Positions 40,305-52,249 are shown, counted from the stretch's first letter. The stretch is 64,000 nt of DNA from Eledone cirrhosa (GCA_964016885.1 OZ024748.1:18042001-18106000); one strand, 5' to 3'. Made by a program: numbers and translations. Notes: generated by a model from the sequence alone, not told the origin.

Positions 40305-40930
40305 CACTGCTACCACCACTACCACCACCACCAACAACAACAACAAATACAACACACCAACAACAGCAAGTACAACAACAATAACAACAACAGTTCACCA
40401 ACAACAACAGTAACAACAACAAATGTAACAACAACAACAGTAACAACAACTCAGTTCACCACCACCAACAACAGCAACAACAGCATCACCACAAACAACA
40501 ACAACAACACCATCACCACCAACAACATCAGCACTACCATATACAACACCACCACTAACTCCACCATTGACAACAAAAACAAGACCAACACCACTAACGT
40601 CAAGCACACTACCAACACTGCCACCTCCACTAATACCACCAATACCGCCAACACCAACACCACAAACAGACACACACACTTACACATATCATCATCATAA
40701 TCATCATCACCATCATCACCATCGTTATCATCATCACCATCATCACCATCATCATCATCACCACCATCATCATCATCACCACCATCATCATCATCACCAC
40801 CATCATCATCATCATCATCACCATCATCATCATCAACATCATCGCCATCATCACCATCATCATCATCAACATCATCGCCATCATCATCATCATCATCACC
40901 ATCATCATCACCATCACCATCATCACCATG
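40305..40930. repeat. (CAA)/(CAC)/(CAT)n tracts
   Basis: Direct inspection. Confidence 0.9.
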
Positions 40931-41014
40931 ATGAAATTCTAAAATAACTTTTGCTGAAGATATATAAATGTGTACAGCAACCATTGTTTAGTAGAAAGGT
41001 GGAAAGTGGTATTA

Positions 41015-41074
41015 TTACACCTCTGACCATTGTAGGACATTTGTAATATTTAGACGTCGATTAGCAGCTGTAGC
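41015..41074 (-). CDS. Candidate terminal exon (ATAANRRLNITNVLQWSEV*)
   Basis: Minus ttttcacttgtgaag|, open to TAA. Ends in an S-x-V motif. Confidence 0.3.
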   Translation of the reverse strand, partial: ATAANRRLNITNVLQWSEV

Positions 41075-41724
41075 CTTCACAAGTGAAAATAAAGGGGGGG
41101 GGGGGGGACAAAAAAACACAAGGATTTCTCTAGAGAGAAAGAGAAAATAAAAGACTCCATTTTAAAATATATTGAGTAGACTTACTTTCCTATAAATGGC
41201 AGAGAAGAGTAAAGTTTTAATGCTGCACTCTACTGAAACCATTCCATTTTCTTATAATTCTATCCATTACTTAATCTCTCTACTACAAAACTTTACATAT
41301 AAACTTATATAACAGGATAATAATGATAATAATAATAATAATAATAATAACATAAGTTTTATAACTCGATAGATAAAATTTTTCTCCTTTTCCAGTAATA
41401 TAACTCGCATGTATATTCACATTGAAAAGAATAATGGAAAAAAAATGCAAAGAAAAATCTTTTAAATTTTATTCATTATATAAATTTATATTTGAACGTT
41501 AAACCATACAATAGAAATATATATTCCGAAGCTACGATTTCTATTTGGTAAAGATAAAAAATCCATCTATTTTAGGAAAATAATAGTACTAGCAATATAA
41601 CAATATATTATATATACACACATATATATACATATGTAAATATATATTTATATATATATAAATATATATATATATATAAATATATATAAATATGTATATA
41701 TATATATTTATATATATATATGTG

Positions 41725-41797
<73 letters not shown>

Positions 41798-42049
41798 ATA
41801 GTATAGGTTTATGAAGCTAATCAAAGTGAATTGGTACAGCTTCAATCCTTTATTACTTACTCAATGAGATAATAAGGTTTGTATTGTTAGAAATACAAAC
41901 CCATTACTCAGAGTGCAGACATAAGTTAATTCAGAAGATAAATGGCTATGTGTGGGCATTAATATTAGTATATCAAATATACTTGGACTGATCCATCAGT
42001 TTCTGTACTCTGCTGTGTCAACAATAGTTCCAACTGGAACCACTATTCT

Positions 42050-42975
42050 ATGACCAGAAGAGAGATAGTATCAGCAATAGAAAGACCAATGGACACATTG
42101 TTTCCTTGGTCTGATCTGATGATCAACTCCTTTCTTCTGCTAGAAGTTGTGACCAGCAGATAGTATTAGCTATAGAAAGACTAATGGACACATTGTTTCC
42201 TTGGTCTGATCTGATGATCAACTCCTTTCTTCTGCTAGAAGTTGTGACCAGCAGATAGTATTAGCTATAGAAAGACCTATGGACACATTGTTTCCTTGGT
42301 TTGATCTAATAATCAGCTCCTTTCTTCTACCAGGTGTTGTGACTAACAGATAGTATCAGCAATGGAAAGACCAACAGAAACCTTGATCCCTTGGTCTGAT
42401 CTGATGATCAGCTCCTTTCTTCTGCTAGAAGTTGTGACCAGCAGATAGTATTAGCTATAGAAAGACCTATGGACACATTGTTTCCTTGGTTTGATCTAAT
42501 AATCAGCTCCTTTCTTCTACCAGGTGTTGTGACTAACAGACAGTATCAGCAATGGAAAGACCAACAGAAACCTTGATCCCTTGGTCTGATCTGATGATCA
42601 ACTCCTTTCTTCTGCTAGAAGTTGTGACCAGCAGATAGTATTTGTTATAGAAAGATCTATGGACACGTTGTTTCCTTGGTCTGATCTGATGATCAGCTCC
42701 TTTGTTCTGCTAGAAGTTATGACCAGCAGATAGTATCAGCAATGGAAAGACCAATGGACACATTGTTTCCTTGGTTTGATCTAATAATCAGCTCCTTTTT
42801 CTACCAGGTGTTGTGATTAACAGACAGTATCAGCAATGGAAAGACCAACAGAAACCTTGATCCCTTGGTCTGATCTGATGATCAGCTCCTTTTTTTCTAC
42901 CAGGTGCTGTGACTGACAGATAGAATCAACAATAGAAATACCAACGGAAACCTTGTTTCCTTGGTCTGAGCTAAT
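42050..42975. repeat. 95-bp tandem array (about 10 units) with partial 190-bp dimer structure
   Basis: GGACAC.TTG at 42091, 42186, 42281, 42471, 42661 and 42756, interleaved with AGAAACCTTGATCCC variants. Confidence 0.9.
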
Positions 42976-43062
42976 AATTGGCTCTTTATTTTTCCTTTTC
43001 TTTTAAACATTACCTGTTAAAAACATGTCTGCATTCAATTATCTTTTGATCTTGTTTTCCCC

Positions 43063-43172
43063 TTGCCGAGGTTGACTTTGCCTTTCATCCTTACGGGGTC
43101 GATAAAATAAAGTACCAGTAATGTACTGGATAATTGCTGGCCTTGTGCCTAAAGTAGAAACAATTATTATTA
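43063..43172 (+). mobile_element. Nin/Deu-type SINE 3' half
   Basis: GCCGAGGTTGACTTTGCCTTTCATCCTTACGGGGTCGATAAAATAAAGTACC. Confidence 0.75.
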
Positions 43173-43574
43173 TTAATTTTATCTTTCAACTTGATATTTT
43201 CCTTATTAGTTCAACTAGAGCAGAGTTGTGGTTTTAATGAAGATTGTTTGATAGAAAATATGTTCCACCTCATTCACACACACTACACAGATGCACACAT
43301 ATACACATACATACAGACACACATAAACACGCATGCACACATGGTCACATACATACAGACACACATAAACACGCATGCACACATGGTCACATACATACAG
43401 ACACACACAAATACACACACATGCAGACTCACACACATATATGCTCACACACACACAGACACACACACAAAAGTACACTCTGCCCGCAAAAAAAAAGAAA
43501 TACTCAACAAAGCAACAACAACAAAACAAGATGAAATATCTAAAATGAGAGAGAGAGAGAAATAAAATATAAAT

Positions 43575-44085
43575 ACCAACAAAAACATCTACAAAAAATC
43601 TACAAAAACACCAACAAAATCTCCAGTAAAAATACTAACAAAAACACCAACAAAAACACCAACAACAATACCATCAAAAACACCATCAAAAACACTAACA
43701 ACATAAAAACACCAACAAAAACATCAACAACAACACCAACACCAACAAAAACAACACCAACAACACCAACAAAAATAACAACAACATCAACAAAAACACT
43801 AACAAAAACACTAACAACAACACCAACAAAACCAACAACATCACCAATAAAAACACCATCAAAAACACCAACAAAAACACTAACAACAACAACACCAACA
43901 ACATCACCAACAAAAACACCATCAAAAACACCAACAACAACACCACCAACAAAAACACCATCAAAAATACCATAAAAACAACCAATAAAAAAAGCAACGA
44001 AAACACCAATATAAACAACAAAAACACCAACAAAAACAACATAAACAACCAACAAAAAAGCAACAAAAATATAACAAACAAAACA
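43575..44085. repeat. ACACCAACAAAA-type 12-mer / CAA low-complexity repeat
   Basis: Direct inspection. Confidence 0.85.
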
Positions 44086-44466
44086 AATCCTAATTGAACT
44101 CAAGGGAATTGATGATGATGGAGAATGCTACAATTGGAAAGTCTATCCATTTAAATGGAGAGATATGGAGCTATATTGATAAATCAGTAAGGAAACACTT
44201 ATTAAATGATATTCTCATAGCTAACAACGATAATACAACAGACATCTGTGTTTATAGCAAATGAAACTGCAGAAACAATAAACATTTTAAAAAGAAACCA
44301 AGAAAACTATTCTGTACTGCCGACATATTAGAAGATAAATTTGTTAAAGTTCTCAAACCATTGTACATAACTCAGATCAAGTAACAATCTTTATATACAC
44401 ACACATATATATATATATGACTGAATTTTAACCATCTACTTAGTCAGGGTATGACATGCATCATCT

Positions 44467-44533
44467 TATTTTATCTGATGAGGATGTACTGTTGAAGATA
44501 ACTCAGTACCTCTGAAATATGTATAATAAAATA
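44467..44533 (+). ncRNA. Type I hammerhead ribozyme motif
   Basis: TATTTTAT-CTGATGA-GGAtGTACTG..CAGTACcTCT-GAAA-TATGTA-TA-ATAAAATA. Perfect 8-bp stem I. Confidence 0.8.
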
Positions 44534-44574
44534 TACTTGATCACACGAATGTCTATTTTTGTTAATATTTTGAA

Positions 44575-44645
<71 letters not shown>

Positions 44646-44684
44646 GTATATATATATATGTATATATATATATGTATATATACG

Positions 44685-44865
44685 TTATTCCGCGTTGAAT
44701 CGGAGGTAACCACAGTAAGTAAGGTACTCAATACATTGCAGAGTATAAAAGTTTTAATATAGATGAGATTCTACAGGACTAGAACTGTTTCATTCTTTAG
44801 AAATCATCAGGAATCTAAAGAATGAAACAGTTCTAGTCCTGTAGAATCTCATCTATATTAAAACT
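44685..44865. mobile_element. Fold-back Penelope-like mini-element (family A)
   Basis: Inverted arms 44750-44801 / 44814-44865. Near-identical to 6121-6313. Flanked by (TA)n. Confidence 0.8.
44767..44815 (-). ncRNA. Minimal type I hammerhead ribozyme motif (family A)
   Basis: Minus strand is identical to 6248-6296. Confidence 0.75.
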
Positions 44866-44879
44866 ATATATGTATATAT

Positions 44880-44913
<34 letters not shown>

Positions 44914-44952
44914 ATACTTGTATATATATGTATATGTATATATATATATACT

Positions 44953-44985
<33 letters not shown>

Positions 44986-45082
44986 TTGTATATATATATA
45001 TACAAGTATATATATATACATACATCTCCTCTCATCTCCCCACCTCTTCTCTCTTCACCAATTTCTCGAACAACCCCACCAC

Positions 45083-45116
<34 letters not shown>

Positions 45117-45145
45117 ATATATATATCTATATATATATATATATA

Positions 45146-45500
45146 TTAGAAAGTGAGGTTTTTTTTTACAAAATGAAAAATAACCGAGGTGTCCTACACG
45201 AGTGGAAGTATAAAGAAAAAGGGATGAAATCGAAAATGCAACTGAAGTCTTATTTTTTAAAAAATATATATATTTATTTGGTTCCTTTACCGGTTTCGCA
45301 GTTCTTCTGCTTTTCAAAAGGTGAGTTGAGATGGAGGGTCTGTGGTTTTTCTCACATCTGATGTGAGAAAAACCACAGACCCTCCATCTCAACTCACCTT
45401 TTGAAAAGCAGAAGAACTGCGAAACCGGTAAAGGAACCAAATAAATATATATATTTTTTAAAAAATAAGACTTCAGTTGCATTTTCGATTTCATCCCTTT

Positions 45501-45504
<4 letters not shown>
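45146..45504. mobile_element. Fold-back mini-element (family C) with perfect 145-bp arms and two variant hammerheads
   Basis: Arms 45214-45358 / 45360-45504 with a 1-nt spacer. Each arm has CCTT-TTGAAAA-GCAG aagaa CTGC-GAAA-CCGG-TA-AAGG (plus 45397-45434, minus 45284-45321). Confidence 0.85.
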
Positions 45505-45593
<89 letters not shown>

Positions 45594-45633
45594 CGATATT
45601 AACAAATGGAAACTATATTTATAAAACCATATT

Positions 45634-45698
45634 TATTTTATTATACATATTTCAAGGACACCACGTTAAATTATGGTCTGCTTTCATCAGACAAAATA
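45634..45698 (-). ncRNA. Type I hammerhead ribozyme motif (family B)
   Basis: Minus TATTTTGT-CTGATGA-...CCATaatttaACGTGG...-GAAA-TATGTA-TA-ATAAAATA. Confidence 0.7.
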
Positions 45699-45867
45699 CA
45701 ATATAGATCAGTTTTAATTTCGTTTCGTTATTTGTTTTTATCGTCTCCGTTGAACCGGTACGTACTCACACTCTATGCAAATTAGTCTGCCCACTACTAA
45801 TTTTCATAGAAAAAGCATATAACGATATGTGCTTTTACGATTCTCCAGAAAGGCCGGTAGATAGGTA

Positions 45868-45912
45868 AATATTGCTGATGAGTTGTAACAACAACGAAAC
45901 TAGTTCAATATT
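45868..45912 (+). ncRNA. Canonical minimal type I hammerhead ribozyme
   Basis: AATATTG-CTGATGA-GTTGT aaca ACAAC-GAAA-CTAG-TT-CAATATT. All stems perfect; stem III palindrome ACTAGT. Confidence 0.88.
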
Positions 45913-46135
45913 CCTTGTCTGGCTTTCTGGAGAATAGAGGAAAGGTGTTTCCTCAAAAACCAGTATGACTCTAAAAACCGGTTTGTCTGTGTGTTTACAT
46001 ACAGAATAGCTGGACACTCACGGTAAAGTGACCAGTGAAAAACTTGGTACATCTACATATGTATACGTGTGTGTATTCATATGCATACTAGTATTTCAGT
46101 ATACATATGTGGATGTACATTTTTAACTTAATTGT

Positions 46136-46169
<34 letters not shown>

Positions 46170-46177
46170 TACATACA

Positions 46178-46252
46178 CTGGGTGTCCCAAAAAATTGCAT
46201 ACGCATATTTATTAGAATGCTGTTGAAATGTGTATACATTTTGGAGGACACC

Positions 46253-46255
<3 letters not shown>
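46178..46255. mobile_element. Tc1/mariner-like MITE
   Basis: CTGGGTGTCCCAAAAAA ... TTTTGGAGGACACCCTG|TA. Inverted homologue at 62224-62324. Confidence 0.65.
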
Positions 46256-46307
<52 letters not shown>

Positions 46308-46443
46308 CACACACTCATATAAGATGGCTGACTGAATATGCATGTGTGTTTTTTTTCCCCAATTTTTTCTCATTTTCTTTGTTATCATCACTCATCACTC
46401 TCCTCACTCTTTACTTTTTATTTATCTTCTATTTCTAACTCTA

Positions 46444-46480
46444 TATTCTGATGAAGGACTATTGTCCGAAACGTTAAGAC
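46444..46480 (+). ncRNA. Minimal hammerhead motif with weak stem I
   Basis: CTGATGAA-GGAC tatt GTCC-GAAACGTT. Palindrome AACGTT. Confidence 0.55.
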
Positions 46481-46595
46481 TCTCTTTCTGCTATATAAGC
46501 GTTAAACTAATATATTTCTTCCATGTACTGTGCTGTTTGTTTTGTTATTTCTGTTTACTTTTTACATACACACACATATATATATATATATGGTG

Positions 46596-46628
<33 letters not shown>

Positions 46629-47674
46629 TTATATATATATATGAAAAGATTCAGGACCCTGGCAGCTAAGCTCCAGTTGTTTCGACAGCTAGATCTGAAC
46701 TATATACATATTTCATGGAAACAACAAACAGAGGTACAAAAAGTCTTATTAGTTTCACACTTTATATGGAAAACTGTAAAGAAAGTTTGATGTGTTGGGC
46801 TTTAGCCCTTCTTCGGGAGTACAAAAATAGAGACAGGATCACAAAGGAGAGATACAGAAAATAAAAGTAGTCCAATGAAAGTAAAAACAAAAAACGAAAA
46901 TAAAGAAAGTAAAAAAGACAAACCGTTAGGTAGTCTTGGTAATGATTTGAGAATACAAAGTAAAGTGTGTGTCGATATTATGTGAGTATATGTGTATGTT
47001 TATACATGTGTTTTTATAACATATCACAAACACCACCTCAAGGAATTATATATTTTTTCATCATTTTTTCCTTATTTTCTTCTTTTTTTCTTTATTTATT
47101 TTTTGGAGTTTAAGATATAAAGAAAATATAAATTCTGTCAAGACATTTTCACACCATTTATGAAGCTTGTATTAAACAGACTATTATTTTCCTATCCTCT
47201 CAATTTCTACCAATTCCTCAAACAACATGAAACACCGAAACAGCACCAAACTCAATCTATTGTAATAATACACAGAGAATTTCATCTTTAGATTTTATTT
47301 ATTATCATCATTATTATTATTCATTCTGAGTTCAAATCTACCTCTTTCCGTTGAAAGAGGTAGATTTGAACTGGCTGTAACTGGTCGATCAAACTGATGT
47401 TAAGGTATTGTTCTCAAAATAAATACTTTCAAAATCTCATAGATTCGATATTATGTGAGATAATTATGTGAGGTAAAGCCTTTACCATGAAAATATAATA
47501 GTATTTATAGAGTAATGTGAATGCTAAAGGGTTCATGTAATTCCCAAAGGCAAATAATCATAAGACAATATATGAGAAAACTAAACCTTTGAATTATAAG
47601 CAAAATCCATCTGACTTTATAATGCAAGAGATTGAATATTTTAAAAACATGCCCCACACCCCACACCCACCCAT

Positions 47675-48420
47675 AAGGAAATTCTCCAGCCAAATCGCCA
47701 TGACACAATATGTAACAGGGTTGACCCCTAAGAATTACTGGTACAGTCTATATGATTTTTACAGTGTAAGTGGTTGAATATTCCAAAACATGTGTCTCCC
47801 CTTATCTCTTTAGCATTTAAACTGGCCATATCCGGCCAGAATCCTCTCACCTCCTTCTATTCAAACTGGTCATAAATAGCCACTCATACTGACATTAAGG
47901 TATTATTCTCAAAATAAATAATATCTTGCAGATTCGATATTATGTGAGGTAAAGGCTTTTCTGTGAAAATACAATAGAGTAATGTAAATGGTAAAGGGTT
48001 AATGTAATTCTCAGCCAACTCAGGATGATACAATATGTGACATGGTTGACCCCTAAGAATTACTGGTACACTCTATGTGACTTTACAATAAAACATGTGT
48101 GTCCCCTAAATGTAATTCACAGCCAACTCAGGATAAAACAAAATGTAACATGGTTGACCCCCTAAGAATTACTGGTACAGTCTATGTGACTTTACAGTAA
48201 AACATGTGTCCCCGGTTAATGTAATTCTCAGCCAACTCAGGATGACACAATATATGACAGGATTGGTCCCCTAAGAATTACTGGTACTGTCTATGTGATT
48301 TTACAATGTAAGTGGTTGAATATTCTAAAAACATGACCCCTGCCCCCTTAATGTAATTCTCAGCCAACTCAGGATGAGACAATATGATACAAGGTTGGCC
48401 CCCTAAAAATTACAGGTATC
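47675..48420. repeat. About 110-130 bp degenerate tandem units interrupted by a piggyBac-like MITE
   Basis: AATGTAATTCTCAGCCAACTCAGGAT...CCCCTAAGAATTACTGGTAC recurs at about 48001, 48109, 48219 and 48350. Confidence 0.8.
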
Positions 48421-49509
48421 ATTTATCTGACAGGCTTTCTTCCACACAGAATCCATCTACCCAATTACAATTCATGGGTCAACCCAGGGTCTATAGTTAA
48501 AAGACATTTTCCTAACGATGTGACACAGTAAGATTGAACCCAGGACCTTCTGATTGCAAAGTGAACTTCTTAACTTCTTATCCATGGTTGAGTCCACCAA
48601 TATAAATTTATAACATTATGCGGAATCAATATATTTTCCTTGATAGACGATAATTATATTGTTTCAAAGATTAATTTATTGAATTGATAAGGATGGAGAA
48701 ATATATGCGTAAGCTGTGCTAAATAATTATATTAATTAGTTTGTTAAAATATAATTACCAGTTCAGAGAGAATTTATCAGAAATCGATGATGGGGCTGGT
48801 ATGGGAATGGTACAGAATGGTACAGAATGGTGTGGTTGATGGTAACATAGGATTTTATAGTGCAAAGGATTGGAACAACAAAAATTGTTTATGAACCAAT
48901 CTATTGTTAAAGTGATAAGGTCAAGAGTTAGTATGACTCAATTAATGAAACTTTCACAGACTTCCCATGACCACCTTCAATTGTACTCTTGTTGCTATGG
49001 CTGCTATACACTATTTCTCATCCTTTTCCTTCCCTTTTTTTTTACTTTATAGCAAAAATTTCATTGAGTATTCCTCTTCCTTTTCTTTCTTTTCCTCCTC
49101 TCATTATTTCCCTTCCCTTCCCTTTTTTTACTTTCATAGAGTTTTCCTCCTCCTTTCCCCTTCTTTTCTCTTCCTTTTCCTCCTTCTTTCCCCCTTCTTT
49201 CCTCCTTCTTTTCCTCCTCAATTTCCTCCTTCTTTTCCTTTTCCTCCTCATCCTTTTCCTTCCCTTTTTTTTTTACTTTATAGCCAAACTTTCATAGAGT
49301 ATTACCCCTCCTTTTCCTCCTCCTTCACCTCCTACTTTTCTTCCCCTTCCCTTTGTTTACTTTGTATCAAAAATCTCATTAAGTTTCCCTCTTCCTTTTC
49401 CTCTTCCTATTCCTCCCCTCCCTTTTTTTCTGTTTGTTTCTCTCTTATTTATTATTAACATCTTTAAAAAACAATACTTTCATCGTTGTACCTTGTAAAT
49501 TGTCCTTAA

Positions 49510-49712
49510 TCGGTAGAGCATTGGACAAAATGTTCTATGGTATTTAGTTATAACTTGCAGCATTTCTGAGTTCAAATCCTTCTGAAGTCAACTTTGTCTT
49601 TCACCCTTCCAAGGATCAGTAAAATAAAGTACCAGTTATGTACTAGGGTTGATATAATCGATTTTCTTCTCCTTCTCCCAAATTGTTGGCCTTATGTTAA
49701 TGTTAAAAATAA
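49510..49712 (+). mobile_element. Diverged Nin/Deu-type SINE
   Basis: TCTGAGTTCAAATCC..GTCAACTTTGTCTTTCACCCTTCC...AAAATAAAGTACCAGT. Confidence 0.7.
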
Positions 49713-49828
49713 TTTGTGATTTGAACTCATAATACACAAAAACATAACAGAGACTGCAAACCATCTACCTTGTTACTTTTACCAGACAAGCACCCTAACC
49801 ACTACGCCACCCACATGATTTCACTCAC

Positions 49829-49860
49829 ACTCTCTGGCTGTGGATGAGTAAATTTTAATT
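49829..49860 (-). CDS. Candidate micro-exon (xLKFTHPQPES)
   Basis: Minus catccaag| ... AGT|gtgagt, a strong donor. The phase 0 end is compatible with 41015-41074. Confidence 0.25.
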
Positions 49861-49875
49861 CTTGGATGTTTATGC

Positions 49876-50890
49876 AAATATATTATTAATGTTAGTTTCT
49901 GATTGGTTGGTTGTAACTCACATAAATATATTATTAATGCTAGTTTATGATTGGTTGGTTGTAACTCACGTAAATATATTATTAATGTTAGTTTCTGATT
50001 GGTTGTTTGTAACTCACGTAAATATATTATTAATGCTGGTTTCTGATTGGTTGTTTGTAACTCATTTAAATATATTATTAATGCTAGTTTCTGATTGGTT
50101 GGTTGTAACTCACATAAATATATTATTAATGCTAGTTTCTGATTGGTTGGCTGTAACTCATTTAAATATATTATTAATGGTAGTTTCTGATTGGTTGGTT
50201 GTAACTCACGTAAATATATTATTAATGCTAGTTTCTGATTGGTTGGTTGTAACTCACGTAAATATATTATTAATGCTAGTTTCTGATTAGTTGGATGGTT
50301 GTAACTCACATAAATATATTATTAATGCTAGTTTCTGATTGGTTGGTTGTAACTCACATAAATATATTATTAATGCTAGTTTCTGATTGGTTGGCTGTAA
50401 CTCATTTAAATATATTATTAATGGTAGTTTCTGATTGGTTGGTTGTAACTCACGTAAATATATTATTAATGCTAGTTTCTGATTGGTTGGTTGTAACTCA
50501 CGTAAATATATTATTAATGCTAGTTTCTGATTAGTTGGATGGTTGTAACTCACATAAATATATTATTAATGCTAGTTTCTGATTAGTTGGATGGTTGTAA
50601 CTCACATAAATATATTATTAATGCTAGTTTCTGATTGGTTGGTTGTAACTCACGTAAATATATTATTAATGCTGGTTTCTGATTGGTTGGCTGTAACTCA
50701 TTTAAATATATTATTAATGGTAGTTACTGATTGGTTGGTTGTAACTCACGTAAATATATTATTAATGCTGGTTTCTGATTGGTTGGCTGTAACTCATTTA
50801 AATATATTATTAATGGTAGTTTCTGATTGGTTGGCTGTAACTCACATAAAAATATTATTAATGCTGGTTTCTGATTGGTTGGCTGTAACA
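49876..50890. repeat. 48-bp (occasionally 52-bp) tandem array, about 21 units
   Basis: Unit AAATATATTATTAATGCTAGTTTCTGATTGGTTGGTTGTAACTCACGT. Confidence 0.95.
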
Positions 50891-51014
50891 TGTGTCTGTG
50901 TGTATATGTGTGTGTGTGTTATTTGATGAGGGTTTGTTAGGGCTGTACTTTTTTATTTATTTATTTATGTTTTCATTTATTCAAAGCCTGTGTTTTTTTT
51001 TGTTTTTTTTTGCA

Positions 51015-51450
51015 TTTTTGTTGTTGTTCTGGTTGTAGATTTTTCTCTTGTTATTGTTGTTGTGTATGTTGTAGATTTTACTTGTGTCATGTCTATTGTG
51101 TTTGTGGTTGTTGTTGTTTGTTATTGCTTTGTTGTTGTGGTGGTGGTTGTTGTTACTTGTTCTTTTGTCTGTTGTTATCGTTGTTGTTGTTGTTGTTGTC
51201 ATGCCTGTTGCTGTTATTGTTGTTGTTGTTGACATGCCTGTTGCTGTTATTGTTGTTGTTGTCATGTCTATTGTTATTGTTGTTGTTATGTCTGTTGCTA
51301 TTGTTGTTGTTGCTATGTATGTTGCTATTGTCATTGTTGTTGCTGTTATCATGTCTATTGTTCTTGTTGTTGTCATTGTTGTTGTTGCTGTTGTCATGCC
51401 TATTGTTATTGTTGTTGTCATAGCTGTTGTTGTTGTTATGTCTGTTGTGT
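51015..51450. repeat. (TTG)n-rich tract
   Basis: Direct inspection. Confidence 0.9.
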
Positions 51451-51580
51451 TTATTTCAACAACATTTGTCTCAATATTATTTCTAAAAGCTCAACTACTA
51501 AATTATTTCTAAATCCATTATTGACCAGGAAAGTTTGTTTTTCTTCCAGTAATTTCTGTGTTTGCTGTTGCTGCTGCTGC

Positions 51581-51627
<47 letters not shown>

Positions 51628-51722
51628 CATCAATGACAGAAATTCTAGATTCTCTTCAATGTAATCTTTTACAAATTTCATTTTATTTTTATATATCAGT
51701 CTTTCTATCTCTCTCTCACTCC

Positions 51723-51794
<72 letters not shown>

Positions 51795-51937
51795 CTTCTG
51801 ATGAACGACTTCGGACGTTTCTGTTGGAGTCGCCTGTTATAATGGAATAATTATATTGTGTTGTTTATTACATAATTAAATAGCTCTGTACAATACATAG
51901 AGCACTCTTCTTTCCTTTACCTTTTCCATGGAAATAC

Positions 51938-51960
<23 letters not shown>

Positions 51961-51968
<8 letters not shown>

Positions 51969-52130
51969 AATGGCTACTACAGGACTAGAATTGTTTCATT
52001 CAAAGGAAATGATCAGGAATGAAACAGTTCTAGTCCTGCAGAAGCCATTTCTATATTAAATATTTATACTCTGCTATGTATTGAGTACCAATACTTACTG
52101 TGGTTACCCCTAATTTGAACCCAGGATACA
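51961..52130. mobile_element. Diverged fold-back mini-element (family A)
   Basis: AATATAGAAATGGCT.CT.CAGGACTAGAA.TGTTTCATTC and its inverted copy. The tail matches the reverse complement of 6121-6185. Confidence 0.75.
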
Positions 52131-52249
52131 CAGTTGAGCCAACTTATACAGCTTCATATGCAAATGAGATTAATCACCTCATTTACACAGACGAGAAAAC
52201 TGTATATTCTCGACTGTTTTCAAGTCCAGCAGTCGCAAGCGTGGGAGGG

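Noticed and set aside
42050-42975. CTGATGA in the 95-bp tandem units as a retrozyme-type hammerhead array
   Set aside because: I could not form stem I or stem III around the downstream GAAA, and several units have CTAATAA.
51451-51681. Poly-Gln ORF
   Set aside because: Built around (TTG)n/(CTG)n, with no supporting splice sites or recognisable domain.
51791-51848. CTGATGA followed by a CGACTTC/GGAGTCG stem
   Set aside because: GAAA and stem III are missing. At most a broken half-hammerhead, so it was not counted.
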